A DNA stretch of 64,000 bases from the NCBI GenBank assembly GCA_963771175.1, contig CAVYSY010000006.1:107103-171102 (forward strand), written 5' to 3'. Shown here in pieces: positions 44,108-54,428 of the stretch; within the stretch, counting starts at the first letter, position 1; each line of letters begins with the position of its first letter. Both the position numbers and the translations under genes were made by a program. Under the pieces are notes generated by a model. The model was not told where the DNA came from. It was given only the letters and a program-made list of their open reading frames with translations, and searched no databases. The DNA comes from an uncultured delta proteobacterium (GTDB lineage: Bacteria > Myxococcota > Myxococcia > Myxococcales > Myxococcaceae).

Positions 44108-46297
44108 TCACGGTCCGTAGGTGATGAGGTCTCCCCGGAGGTGCGCTGACTTGAGGCGCTCGCGGATGCCCGCCGAGGAGGTGCCCTTGCTGGCCTCCTT
44201 CACGATGAGCCAGTACATGCCGTGCGGGTACAGCTCGAGGGCCTGCCCCGGGGCGAGGCTGCCGGAGAGCTCCTGCATCAGGGAGGCGGTGGAGCCCTTC
44301 GCCTTCTCTGGAGCGACTCCACCGAGGGTCACCGCTTCGCCCTCCACGGCCAGCAGCACACGCGTCAGGTCCTTGATGTTGCGGGCCGTGAAGGAGGGAG
44401 GCAGCCGCGGCTCCTTTGGGACAAGGGCCGCCACCTCGGCCTTCGGGCGCTCGGCCGCCACCAGCTCGAACGCGACCTGCGTCTCCTTGCCACCCGTCAC
44501 CTGCACGTCGCGCGTCTGAGGGACGTACCCCTCCGCGCTGACGCGTACCTCGTGCCTGCCCTCCGCGAGCGAGCGGAGCTGCACCGGCGTCCGTCCCACG
44601 CTCCGCTCGTCGACGAAGGCTTCGCCCTCGGGCAGCGAGGTGAGGGTGAGGCTTCCCTCACGCGCCTGCTCGGCGGGCTTCTCCGGTGGCTTCTCCGCCT
44701 CGGCGGGTGTGGCCGCGGGGGGGCTCGTCCGCGAGCCGTGCCTGGGCGGCTCCGCTGACTTCCGCTCGCGAAGGCTGGCTTCGCGCGCCCGGGTGATGAG
44801 CGCCTGTGCCTCGGCGTCGTCCGGGTTGACGTCCAGCGCTTCCTTCGCGGCCTGGATGGCGCCGCGGGTGTCCCCGGCCTTGAGCAGCGCCTGCGCCCGC
44901 TGGAGCGCGAGGTCGCGGGTGAGGCGGTCCTCCAGCCTCGTGATGAGGATGTCCAGGTTGGCATCCCTGACACCTGCGCTCTTCGCCTTGGCCACCAGCT
45001 CGAGCGCGTGCTTGAAGCGGTTCTCACCTGCCATGCGCTCAGCCTCGGCGAGGTAGGTTCGGGCCGCGTCGGCCGCCTGGGCGGACTCTTCCCGCGGCGG
45101 GCGCACCGGCAGGGTGAGCGTGGGCGGAGTCGGCCGCAGGGGAAGGGGCTGCTCGGTGTGTCCGGACAGGAGGTAGGCCACGGCGGCGAGGGCCAGCAGG
45201 AGGAGTACCGCCATTGCGCCCAGCGCCACCTTGAGCCCGGGGCTCAGGAGGGCCGTTTCCCTCGCGGGCCCGTCCAAGGGAGAGGCCGGCGAGGCCGGCG
45301 GCCGCTGGAGCGTGGCCGAGAGGCCGGAGGCCTCATGGGCCCGAGGGACCGCGGAGTCAGCCTCGAAGTCGGGCAGCAGCTCGCGGATCCACGCGGCCAG
45401 GGCCTTGGTGCTCGAGGCGTACGGCCCCTGCGCGGCGAAGGCCTCGAGCGCCTCCTGGAGCGCCTGGCAGTCCGGGCAGCGCTTCTCGAGGTCCTGCTCC
45501 ATCGCCCACAGGACGATGCGCTCGAGCTCGGGCGGGTAGCCGGGGAGCAGCTCGCTCGGCCTGGGGAACCGGCCTTCCAGGACCGCGGCGAGGACCTGGA
45601 CCTCGGACTCGCCATCGAAAGGGAGGACGCCGGTGGTGGCGGCATAGAGACAGACACCCACCGCGTAGACATCCGCCCGGCGGTCGAGGGTGCCGTCCTG
45701 GGCCCGTATCTGCTCCGGCGCCATGTACCGCAACTTGCCCTTGAGGGTCCCCGTGGCCGTGGTGCTCAGCCGCCCTCGGGCCTTGGCCACGCCGAAGTCG
45801 AGCAGCTTGGGCATGCCGTCGAGCGTGACCACCACGTTCTGCGGGCTGACGTCCCGGTGCACGATGCCCAGCGGCTGACCCTGGGCGTCGACCGCGTCGT
45901 GCGCGTAGGCGAGCCCCGCGCACACGCCCGCGTATGCCTTCGCGAAGTGCCCCCACGCGGGCGCGAGCCGCTCGCGTCCTTGCACCCTGTCCATCAACAG
46001 CGAGACCGGGGGGCCGCGCACATACTCCATCGCGATGAAGGGCACGCCGTCTGCTTGGTCAATCTCGTAGATCTGGACGATGTTCGGGTGGTTGAGATTG
46101 GCGGCGATGCGCGCCTCGTCCAGGAACATCTTCACGAAGCTCGGATCGCCCGCCAGGTGAGGGAGGATCCGTTTGACGACGACCACCTTGTCGAACCCGC
46201 CGATGCCCGAGAGGCGGCACTTGAAGACCTCCGCCATGCCGCCCGCGCCCACGCGCTGCAGCACGGTGTATTTCCCTATTCTGGCGGCGGTGCTCAA
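44108..46297 (-). CDS. Ser/Thr protein kinase with TM, TPR-like and PEGA domains
   Basis: GAGGMAEV, HRDVSPQN, DFG, YMAPE; SLTLTSLPEG..VGRTP (PEGA). Confidence 0.92.
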   Translation of the reverse strand: MSTAARIGKYTVLQRVGAGGMAEVFKCRLSGIGGFDKVVVVKRILPHLAGDPSFVKMFLDEARIAANLNHPNIVQIYEIDQADGVPFIAMEYVRGPPVSLLMDRVQGRERLAPAWGHFAKAYAGVCAGLAYAHDAVDAQGQPLGIVHRDVSPQNVVVTLDGMPKLLDFGVAKARGRLSTTATGTLKGKLRYMAPEQIRAQDGTLDRRADVYAVGVCLYAATTGVLPFDGESEVQVLAAVLEGRFPRPSELLPGYPPELERIVLWAMEQDLEKRCPDCQALQEALEAFAAQGPYASSTKALAAWIRELLPDFEADSAVPRAHEASGLSATLQRPPASPASPLDGPARETALLSPGLKVALGAMAVLLLLALAAVAYLLSGHTEQPLPLRPTPPTLTLPVRPPREESAQAADAARTYLAEAERMAGENRFKHALELVAKAKSAGVRDANLDILITRLEDRLTRDLALQRAQALLKAGDTRGAIQAAKEALDVNPDDAEAQALITRAREASLRERKSAEPPRHGSRTSPPAATPAEAEKPPEKPAEQAREGSLTLTSLPEGEAFVDERSVGRTPVQLRSLAEGRHEVRVSAEGYVPQTRDVQVTGGKETQVAFELVAAERPKAEVAALVPKEPRLPPSFTARNIKDLTRVLLAVEGEAVTLGGVAPEKAKGSTASLMQELSGSLAPGQALELYPHGMYWLIVKEASKGTSSAGIRERLKSAHLRGDLITYGP

Positions 46298-46324
46298 AGT
46301 CGGTTTCCCATCGGTCGGTGCGCG

Positions 46325-47545
46325 TCAGAAGGAGACGGCCACCATGACCTCGAAGGCGGGGGGGGCGCTCTCTTCGGCCGGGTTGAGCGGCTGGGCCACC
46401 TCGGCGCGGAGGTTCCACAGGCTGGAGGGCGCGTAGCCGACCGAGCCGACGAGCTGCCGCCGGGTGGACGGGGCGCCGCTGGCGGGACGGGTCTGTGCCC
46501 AGTCCCAGCGGGCCGCGACGTTGAAGCGCCCGAACCGATACGTCGCCTGCGCGTAGAGGCCCCGCTCGAAGAGGGACTCGAAGGGCGCCTCGTCCGGGCC
46601 GAAAAAGGACTGGCCCGCCTCGCCGCGCAGCAGCAGGGCCCCCAGCTTCAGGGAGGCGTCCACCACCACCATCGAGAGCCGCTCACGCCCCGCCGCGTCC
46701 ACCGCGCCTGTATAGCCAGACAGCCCGAAGCTGGCGGCGCCATACTCCCGGTCGCGCAGGAGCCCGAGCCCGACGCGCCCGCCGAAGGCCTTGTCCAGGT
46801 TGTTGTCATTCAACTGGGTGCGCATGCCGCGGACGACCTCGGGCTCGGACCCAAAGTCCGGCCCGCCGGCCAGGCCATTGACCACATAGACGGCGTACTC
46901 GAGCGTCATCCCCGGGCGGGGGAACATGCTGCCTCGGAGCTGGAGGCCGGTGTCGCTCCAAACGGAAGGGATGACCTCGCGGAACATCAACGGCCGGGTG
47001 GCCATGTTCCAGCGGAAGGAGGGGTGCAGTACCTCGTTGAACTGGCCGATGGGCATCAGGAACCGGCCCACGCGGAGCGTCAGCGCGCGGCTGAGCTCGA
47101 AGTCGACGATCAGGTACTCGGCCAGGAAGGACCCCGGCTCGAACTCCAGCTCCAGCTCCGCGGAGAGGTGCTCGCCGAAGCGCGCCAGCAGGATGGGATT
47201 GAAGTGCGAGGCACTGAAGGTCGCCGACCTTCCGCCTTCGACGTGGAACAGGATGTCGCCATAACCGGACCAGAGGGTCTCCAGGCCCAGGGCCGAGAGC
47301 GCCTCGCCGAAGCTGTCCGGCTGCTCGAGCAGATTCTTCCCCTCGGGCGCGGGGGGCTCGGCCTCAGACTCGTTCGCTCCGCCCTCCGGCTCACCCGGGA
47401 GATCCTCCTCCAGATTGGCTGCCGCGGGCGCGGTGCGGGCCTCCTGGCTCCCCGGCGGTGGCTCCTCCGCCCCTGCTGGCTGGGCAAGGAGGAGGAGATA
47501 GACCGCCCCGAGCGGAAGGAGCCGGCATGGGAGTTGTCGCTTCAT
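46325..47545 (-). CDS. Outer-membrane porin-like beta-barrel
   Basis: Signal peptide, ELELEFE, LRVGRF..PIG, DNN.DKAFGGRVG, C-terminal Phe. Confidence 0.7.
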   Translation of the reverse strand: MKRQLPCRLLPLGAVYLLLLAQPAGAEEPPPGSQEARTAPAAANLEEDLPGEPEGGANESEAEPPAPEGKNLLEQPDSFGEALSALGLETLWSGYGDILFHVEGGRSATFSASHFNPILLARFGEHLSAELELEFEPGSFLAEYLIVDFELSRALTLRVGRFLMPIGQFNEVLHPSFRWNMATRPLMFREVIPSVWSDTGLQLRGSMFPRPGMTLEYAVYVVNGLAGGPDFGSEPEVVRGMRTQLNDNNLDKAFGGRVGLGLLRDREYGAASFGLSGYTGAVDAAGRERLSMVVVDASLKLGALLLRGEAGQSFFGPDEAPFESLFERGLYAQATYRFGRFNVAARWDWAQTRPASGAPSTRRQLVGSVGYAPSSLWNLRAEVAQPLNPAEESAPPAFEVMVAVSF

Positions 47546-47685
47546 GGATGAAGAGTCCCGGAGCAGCTCCGCCTTCCCGGTGGCGTGGGATTCTACTGGC
47601 GCGGGGAGAAATAGGAAGGACGAGTGCCTCGCACGGGTGCCCTCGGAGGGCGCGCCGCCCCCGGGCAGGATGTCCGGGCTCCGAT

Positions 47686-47893
47686 CAGGGTGTCAGACGA
47701 CTCGTAGGGGGCGAGGTGTCCGGGCAGGGTGTCGGGCAGGGTGTCCGGGCAGGGTGTCAGACGACTCGTAGGGGGCGAGGTGTCCGGGCAGGGTGTCAGA
47801 CGACTCGTAGGGGGCGAGGTGTCGGAACGAGTCCTTTGACACCTTCCCGGAGGACACCTTCCCGGAGAACGAGTCCTTTGACACCTTCCCAGG
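47686..47893. repeat. Intergenic direct plus inverted repeat array (REP/BIME-like)
   Basis: Three ~39-bp CAGGGTGTCAGACGACTCGTAGGGGGCGAGGTGTCCGGG units with partial copies, then two inverted AACGAGTCCTTTGACACCTTCCC units. Confidence 0.85.
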
Positions 47894-48087
47894 CGGCGAA
47901 GAGCACCCCGGGGACCGCACGTTCCCACCGGGAGGGAACCTCTGCGTCGTCCGTCACAAATGATGGCTCCAAGGCCTCGGAATCCCTGGGTTTTCCCGGT
48001 GCTGCGTCTTTTGCTGGATGGAGGGACGTGGCGCCCGCGGCTACTCCAGATGGCGAAGTGAAAAGAAAAAGGAAAAGGAGACCCGCC

Positions 48088-48603
48088 ATGTCGAACCTCC
48101 CCCTACATCCCGCCCTGGTCCATCTGCCGCTGGGGCTCGCTTTCATCCTCCCCCTGCTGGCGCTGGGGCTCACCATCGCCGCGCTGCGCGGCAAGTGGTC
48201 CCCCGGTGGCTGGGCCGTGGTGGTGGCCTTGTTGCTCTCGGTCGTGGGCGGCGGACTGGCCTCCATCCAGACGGGCGAGCGGGAGGAGGAGCGCGTGGAG
48301 CGCATCGTCCCCGAGTCCGCCATCGAGCGGCACGAGGAGCTCGCGGAGGCCTTCGTCTGGACCTCGGGTGCCGTGCTGGCGCTCGCGCTCGGGGCGCTCG
48401 TCTTGAAGAAGGAGGGCATTCGCCGGGGGCTCGCCGTGGGCGTGACGGCCGGCTCGCTGGCCATGGTGGTCCTGGCGGTGCTGACCGGCGAGGCGGGGGG
48501 TGAGCTGGTGTACAGGCACGGTGCCGCCTCGGCCTACGTCTCCGCGCAGCCCGGCGCGGGCCCTTCCGCTGGCGCCCCCGCTGGAAGCGTCGACGACGAC
48601 TGA
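48088..48603 (+). CDS. DUF2231-like four-TM protein (possible heme binder)
   Basis: PLHPALVHLP, IERHE, GGELVYRHG. Confidence 0.7.
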   Translation: MSNLPLHPALVHLPLGLAFILPLLALGLTIAALRGKWSPGGWAVVVALLLSVVGGGLASIQTGEREEERVERIVPESAIERHEELAEAFVWTSGAVLALALGALVLKKEGIRRGLAVGVTAGSLAMVVLAVLTGEAGGELVYRHGAASAYVSAQPGAGPSAGAPAGSVDDD

Positions 48604-48639
48604 CCCCCACAACCCCGCATTCATCCGAAGGAGACCGCT

Positions 48640-49149
48640 ATGTCGAAGCGTGGTGCACTCATCCTGTCCGCCCTCCTCACGGCCTTCATCCTGGTGCTCG
48701 CCGGAGGCGTGATGACGCGAGTCGTTTCCGCCAGCGCCCCCCCGGCCGAGCCCACGCCTCCTCCTCTCCCCACCCAGGAGGCCCGGCCTTCCTCCGCGAG
48801 CGAGCGGGAGCCAGTGCGGCCCGCCCCTTCGCCCGGTGCGGCCCTGACGCCGGAGCAGGCCCTGGCCATCGCCTCGAGCTTCCTCCCGGGAGCCACCGCG
48901 GCTGGCACTCCGGAGCTGGTCTCCCTCAAGGGGACGCTCGCCTACGAGGTCCGGCTGGACCGTGGCCCCGTGTACCTCGACGCGAGCAATGGCCGGCTGC
49001 TCCAGGACGGCACGCGCCGGACCGCGTCACCCGGGAAGCGCTGGGAGGACGACGATGACGACGAGGAGGAGCACGAGCACCCGGAGCATTCCCGGCACCG
49101 GGAGCACCGGGAGCATGCCTCCGAGCGTCGTGAACACGAGGATGTCTGA
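48640..49149 (+). CDS. PepSY-domain protein with acidic, His-rich tail
   Basis: LTPEQALAIA, AYEV..VYLDASNGRLL; DDDDDEEEHEHPEH. Confidence 0.75.
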   Translation: MSKRGALILSALLTAFILVLAGGVMTRVVSASAPPAEPTPPPLPTQEARPSSASEREPVRPAPSPGAALTPEQALAIASSFLPGATAAGTPELVSLKGTLAYEVRLDRGPVYLDASNGRLLQDGTRRTASPGKRWEDDDDDEEEHEHPEHSRHREHREHASERREHEDV

Positions 49150-49167
49150 GCGGCGGGAGGAATCCCC

Positions 49168-49446
49168 ATGAAACCGTCCACCCCATCGCGAGCGCCGGAC
49201 CGCTCGCTTCTCGAGGTGAAGGTGCTGCTCACCGTCGCATCCGTGGCGGCGATGGTGGGCGGCTGGGCCTGGCTGACGCTCGGTGAGGAGCGCGGACTGC
49301 CCGCGGCCGAGGTGCGTCCGGTGAGCACCCCGTCCGAGCCCATTCCGGTTGCCGTCACCGGTGCGTCCCCGCCTCCTCCCAGCGTGCGCGCCGTCCGTGC
49401 CGTGCGGCGCCCTCGCCCGGTGACGTTCACTCGCTCGTCGCGCTGA
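49168..49446 (+). CDS. Small single-TM protein (candidate flavinylation target)
   Basis: TM helix, VAVTGAS, C-terminal VTFTRSSR. Confidence 0.55.
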   Translation: MKPSTPSRAPDRSLLEVKVLLTVASVAAMVGGWAWLTLGEERGLPAAEVRPVSTPSEPIPVAVTGASPPPPSVRAVRAVRRPRPVTFTRSSR

Positions 49447-49456
49447 GGTGCGGGCC

Positions 49457-50355
49457 ATGAAGCGGATCCACTTTCGCGCGATGGGCAGCGAGGTGATGGG
49501 GGCCATCGACTCGGACTCGGTGGCCGCGGCCCGGCGGCTGGAGCTGTTGCCAGAGTGGTTCCGCGAGCGCGAGCTGCGGTTGAGCCGCTTCCTCCCGGAC
49601 AGCGAGCTGAGCCAGCTCAACGCCGCCGCGGGCCGTCCGTATCGCGCCGGCCCGGTGCTGTGGGACGCGGTCGGCGCGGCCCTGGAGGCGGCGCGCTGGA
49701 GCGAGGGGCTCGTCACTCCGACCGTGCTCGACGCGCTGGAGCGCGCGGGCTACGACCGGAGCTTCGAGCGGTTGGCCGGCACGGGCGGGCAGGGGACTGG
49801 CGCGGGGTGGAGAGGGATGAGCCGACGCGGTCCATCCGGCTCCCCGTTGGCGTGCGGCTCGACCTGGGCGGCACGGCCAAGGGAGGAACGGCGGATGCCG
49901 CGGCGAGGTGGCTCTCCGAGGAGGGTCCCGCCCTGGTGGATGCGGGAGGGGACGTGGCGGTGAGTGGCCCTCTCGGCGATGGACAGCCCTGGGCCATTGG
50001 AGTGGCGGACCCGCGCCCTCCGGAGCGTGAGCTCGCGCTGCTGCTGCTCGACGGGGGAGGGGTGGCCACGTCGGGGAGGGACCATCGCCGCTGGCTCCAC
50101 GGCGGGCAGTGGAATCACCACCTCATTGAGCCACGCACCGGACAGCCGGCCCGGACGGACGTGCTCGCCGCCACCGTCATCGCGGGCTCCGCGAGCCAGG
50201 CGGAGATTGCCGCCAAGGTGGCCCTGCTTCGGGGCTCTCGCGAGGGGCTGGCCTGGTTGGAGTCACGGCCCGGATTGGCGGGCCTGCTGGTGCTCGACGA
50301 CGGCACGGTGCTCCGGAGCCGCGGACTCGAACGCTTCCTATGGGAGGAACCATGA
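49457..50355 (+). CDS. apbE: FAD:protein FMN transferase (frameshifted)
   Basis: FRAMGS, LSRF.PDSELS, DLGGTAKG, VATSG, HHLIEPRTG. Confidence 0.88.
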
Positions 50356-51059
50356 ACGCTCAGCGACACCCGAATCCCGCCGGGGAGGCGCTTCCGCCTC
50401 CTCTGCCACTCTCCACCCTCGTGCTCCTGCTGGCCGCCATTGGCCTCGGCGCGGGCGCGGCGCTCCTGGTGCTCCCCACGTGGGTGCCCGGGCTCGGCGC
50501 GTCGCTCGCCGGACCGGAGCCGCGGGCCTTCTGGTATCTCTCGCGAGCCAGCGCCTTCGTGGCCCTGGGCCTGTCGTGGCTCTCGATGGTGCTCGGCCTG
50601 CTGATGACCAACAAGCTGGCGCGCGTATGGCCCGGGGGTCCGGCGGCCTTCGAGCTGCACGAGTACGCCAGCCTCCTGGGGCTCGTCTTCTCGCTCTTCC
50701 ACGCGCTGGTGCTGCTGGGGGACCGGTACATGGAGCTCACGCTGGCGCGGCTGCTGCTGCCTTTCGCCAGCTCCGACTACCGGCCGGTCTGGGTTGGCCT
50801 GGGCCAGGTGTGCCTCTACCTGCTGGCGCTGGTGGCGTTCAGCTTCCAGCTCCGCAAGGAGATCGGCCACCGGGCCTGGCGGCTCATCCACTTCGCCAGC
50901 TTCGCGGTGTTCGTGCTCGCGCTGGTGCACGGGTTCTCCAGCGGGACGGACAGTGGAGGGCCCTGGGCGCGCGGGTTCTACCTGGCCGCCGGGGGCAGCG
51001 TGGTGTTCCTCAGTCTGTATCGGCTTCTCACCGCGCGAGGCTCCCCCAAGGCGCGTTGA
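50352..51059 (+). CDS. Ferric reductase-like transmembrane (MsrQ-like) protein
   Basis: WYLSRAS, ELHE..FHAL, WRLIHF..LVHG..GTD. Confidence 0.82.
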   Translation: MNAQRHPNPAGEALPPPLPLSTLVLLLAAIGLGAGAALLVLPTWVPGLGASLAGPEPRAFWYLSRASAFVALGLSWLSMVLGLLMTNKLARVWPGGPAAFELHEYASLLGLVFSLFHALVLLGDRYMELTLARLLLPFASSDYRPVWVGLGQVCLYLLALVAFSFQLRKEIGHRAWRLIHFASFAVFVLALVHGFSSGTDSGGPWARGFYLAAGGSVVFLSLYRLLTARGSPKAR

Positions 51060-51548
51060 CCGGGGGACCCCACTGGCCCCCAAGTCATTCCGAGGACTTG
51101 AGGGTGATGGAGGAAGAAACCCGCCGCGGCGGGCGTTGTCCCAGAGGATGGCGATGAGGACCGCTCATCGTCGTGAACCGAGGATCGCCGAGATGCGCAC
51201 GTTGCCACTCCCAGCCCCCGACAGGAATGAGACGTCCCGGGCCGGGCTGCGTCGGCGCTCGTGCGTGCGCCACAGGGCCGCGGCCTGGCTCCTCTTCCGC
51301 ACCGCGGCGCCTCTCGTCTAGAGGCATCAGCGGTCGTTGAGCGACGAAGAGTCCTCGTCTGGCACGCCCTCGATGCCGGTCCATGTCGGGACCCGCATTC
51401 CCCTCTTCCCCATGTTCCCCTCGCGCGCCCACGGGCCGGAGTTCTGGCCTGTCCCGCCGGTCTCCGCGCGGAGCGCACGCGGGAGACGTGGGGCCCGGGC
51501 GCCGCCGGATGAGCCGAGCCGGATTCCAACGGTGGAAAGGAGGTTGTC

Positions 51549-51989
51549 ATGCGGGTGCGAGACGTGATGGTGCGAGGTGTGGCCGTGGTCCGGCCAGAGA
51601 CGGGCTTCCGCGAGGCGGTGGCGCGGATGAGGCAGTCCCAGTGCCCTCTCCTCGTCGTGGGGGACGGGCACTCCGTCCACGGCCTCGTGACGACGCGAGA
51701 GCTGGTGCTGGGTGCCGAGGCGTGGGCTCAGGGCTACCCCATCCATGGAGTGGGGGACGTCGTGAGCCTCAACTTCATCTTCACCCACGAAGGCGAGGCG
51801 GTGGCGGAGTTGGTGCGGCGAATGGTTCACGCGGGAGCGCGGCGGGCCATCGTCGTCGACGGGGAGATGCGCGCGGTGGGCGTGGTCTCGCCCCGGGAAC
51901 TGGCGAGGCCCGATGAGGTCGGTCGGGCCTCGGAGGACTCCTTCCCCGCCAGTGAGGCCCCGTCCTGGACGGGCGCCACGGAGGGGTGA
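51549..51989 (+). CDS. CBS-domain protein
   Basis: MRVRDVM, GLVTTREL, VGVVS. Confidence 0.75.
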   Translation: MRVRDVMVRGVAVVRPETGFREAVARMRQSQCPLLVVGDGHSVHGLVTTRELVLGAEAWAQGYPIHGVGDVVSLNFIFTHEGEAVAELVRRMVHAGARRAIVVDGEMRAVGVVSPRELARPDEVGRASEDSFPASEAPSWTGATEG

Positions 51990-52236
51990 CGCGTGGCCCG
52001 AAGACGAGCGGACGTGGCTCTTCCACCTCTGGCACGGGGACTACTCGCGTTGCATCCGGCACGTCCTCCGGGACACGAGCTGGCCCGCGAGGTTTCCACC
52101 ATCGAGCACCGCTACGAGCTACCCGCGGTGGACAGCCGCCAGCGGGTCCGTGGCGCCATCGCCCATCGGTACGCGCTCCCGGCCTGAGGCGAGGAGGCCC
52201 GCGGCCAGGTGGGCCTCCTCCTGGGAGTGTCTTGAA

Positions 52237-53499
52237 ATGACTGGGATTGCACTCGTTCTGGCCGTCGTGCTCATCGCCATCGTCCTCTTCTCCATCGAGA
52301 GGATTCCCCTCGAGGTGACGGCGCTCGCCGTCGTCTGCCTGCTGGCACTGACGGGAGTCCTCACGCCGGCCGAGGCGTTCGCCGGGTTCTCCAACGAGAC
52401 GGTCATCTTCATCTTCGCGCTCCTGGCGATGACGGAGGGGCTGTCGGCGACCGGGGTGATGCACCGGGCCGGGAACTGGCTGGCGCGACTGGGCCGGCGA
52501 GGCCCCCGAGGCTTCCTCCTGGGGATGATGGTGCTCGTGGCGGCGTTCTCGGCCTTCGTCCCCAACACCGTCACCACGGCGGCCTTCCTCCCGGTGGCCC
52601 TCCGAGGCGCGAGGGACTCCGGCCTGCGCAGGAGCCGGGTGCTCATGCCGCTCGCCTTCGCCTCCATGCTGGGGGGAATGGGCTTCCTGTATGGGACGTC
52701 GACGAACCTGGTGGTCTCCGCGAGCCTGGATGACCTCGGGTTGGGCCCCATCGGCCTCGTCGAGCTCACCCCGGTGGGGCTGCCCCTGGCGCTGCTGGGC
52801 ATCGCCCTCATCCTCCTGCTGGCGCCGAGGGTCCTGCCCACCCGGAGGGGCGTCGGCGAGGAGCCTCCCCGCGAGCCGCTCGCGCCCGCGCGTCACACCA
52901 AGGCGTGGCTCGCCCTCGGCATCTTCGTCACCGCACTCGTGCTCGGCGCGGTGGGGCTCGTGCCCCTGTCGGTGGCGGGCGTGGCGGGCGTCCTCCTCAT
53001 GGTCCTCACCGGCTGCCTGGACCCGAGGCACGCGCTCCGCATCGACTGGCGGGTGGTGCTGCTGATTGGCTCGATGATGGCGCTCGGCCTCGCCATGGAG
53101 AAGAGCGGGGCAGGACGGCTCCTCGGAGGTCTCGCGACCGGGCTCTCCGGCGTGGGCGGCCCGCGCCTGGTGCTGCTCTGCCTCATGCTGATGACCGTCG
53201 TCCTGTCCATTCCGATGAGCAACCAGGCCGCCGCGCTCGTGGTGTTGCCCATCGCGTTGAGCGCCGCCGCGAGCCTGGGCATCAACCCCCGCTCGTTCGC
53301 CATGGGGATCGCCCTCGCCGCCTCGTGCTCGTTCATCACCCCGCTCGAGCCGAGCTGCCTGCTGGTGTACGGCCCCGGGCGCTACCGCTTCAGCGACTTC
53401 TTCCGGCTCGGAGGTCCGCTCACCGTGCTGATGCTCGCCGCGCTCCTGGTGCTCGTCCCGTGGGCCTGGCCGATGGAGGCACACGGCCCGTTGGATTGA
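52237..53499 (+). CDS. SLC13/CitMHS-type permease
   Basis: EAFAGFSN, LYGTSTNLV, MSNQAAA, SFITP, GRYRFSDF. Confidence 0.85.
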   Translation: MTGIALVLAVVLIAIVLFSIERIPLEVTALAVVCLLALTGVLTPAEAFAGFSNETVIFIFALLAMTEGLSATGVMHRAGNWLARLGRRGPRGFLLGMMVLVAAFSAFVPNTVTTAAFLPVALRGARDSGLRRSRVLMPLAFASMLGGMGFLYGTSTNLVVSASLDDLGLGPIGLVELTPVGLPLALLGIALILLLAPRVLPTRRGVGEEPPREPLAPARHTKAWLALGIFVTALVLGAVGLVPLSVAGVAGVLLMVLTGCLDPRHALRIDWRVVLLIGSMMALGLAMEKSGAGRLLGGLATGLSGVGGPRLVLLCLMLMTVVLSIPMSNQAAALVVLPIALSAAASLGINPRSFAMGIALAASCSFITPLEPSCLLVYGPGRYRFSDFFRLGGPLTVLMLAALLVLVPWAWPMEAHGPLD

Positions 53500-53671
53500 G
53501 GAGCGCCGGTCTCGGACTGGAAGCGCGCGTCCTCGCGAACTGAGTTTCAGGTCAGCACCCTCAAACCGTGGGAAGCACAGGGGCCCCGTACCGTCACCCT
53601 CGGGAACGTCACCTTCCCGGAGAGCCAGCAGGCGGGGCCCTGAGCACGGCCAGCGCGAGCCGTGCCGAGTC

Positions 53672-54428
53672 TCAAGGGGCTGCGCGCCCGCCAATCTCCG
53701 GAAGCGCTCGTAGGCCCGTTGAGCGCGTCCAGGTGAGCCGGGTTGTCGAGGTCGAGCGGCGCATCGGTGAGCGTAACAACCCACCCGCCCGTCGCGGTAC
53801 GCCGTGAGCGCGAAAGCAGCTCCGCATCGCGGGCCGGGTCGGGGAAGCCGATGGCCCGTGCGGCGGCAGCCGACCAGTAGTTCAGCCATCCGAGGCGAGC
53901 CGGAAGCTCAGGCGAGCGGATTTTCTCTGGGAGCTTGAGTGGCGGCAGCCCCCGGGGAGGAACCCCTGGCTTATGCACCGGATCGAATTGTTTGCCGTGC
54001 GATCTCCACCCCCGCGCGGAACGGTGTCGCATGCCCCCACAGCGCGCGCGCGCCCTCTGCCATGGCTTCAAGCACATCCGCCGCCGCTGCGAGGCCAACG
54101 GCATCCAGCGGCAGCTCTGCGTGGACATCGAGCAGCGGCTGACCGCCCGGGGCGTGGCGGGCGGATGTTTGCAACCCATAAACCGTCACGGGGAAGCTCT
54201 CATCGCCGTTGCACACAAGGGGGAATGCCCCGTCCTCTGGTCCCCTCGATCGCGCCATGTATCGCGCTCCGGCAATGCGTTGAGCCGCCCATCTTCGGAA
54301 ACCTCCCACTCCATGCGCAAACCGGGGAGCGCCCGTTCCATCCCCTGGACAATAGCGAGCGTGCGTCGGTCGTTGCCCACCAGTGCAGGCGCATAAACGA
54401 TAATGCCGAGTCTCTTTCGCGTAGTCAT
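53672..54428 (-). CDS. DUF5953-like protein (putative immunity partner; frameshifted)
   Basis: IVYAPALVG, GMERALPG, LWGHATP, GWLNYWSAAAA, TDAPLDLDNP. Confidence 0.7.

Noticed and set aside
47686..47893. CRISPR array
   Set aside because: Repeats are contiguous with no unique spacers, part of the block is inverted, and no cas genes are present.
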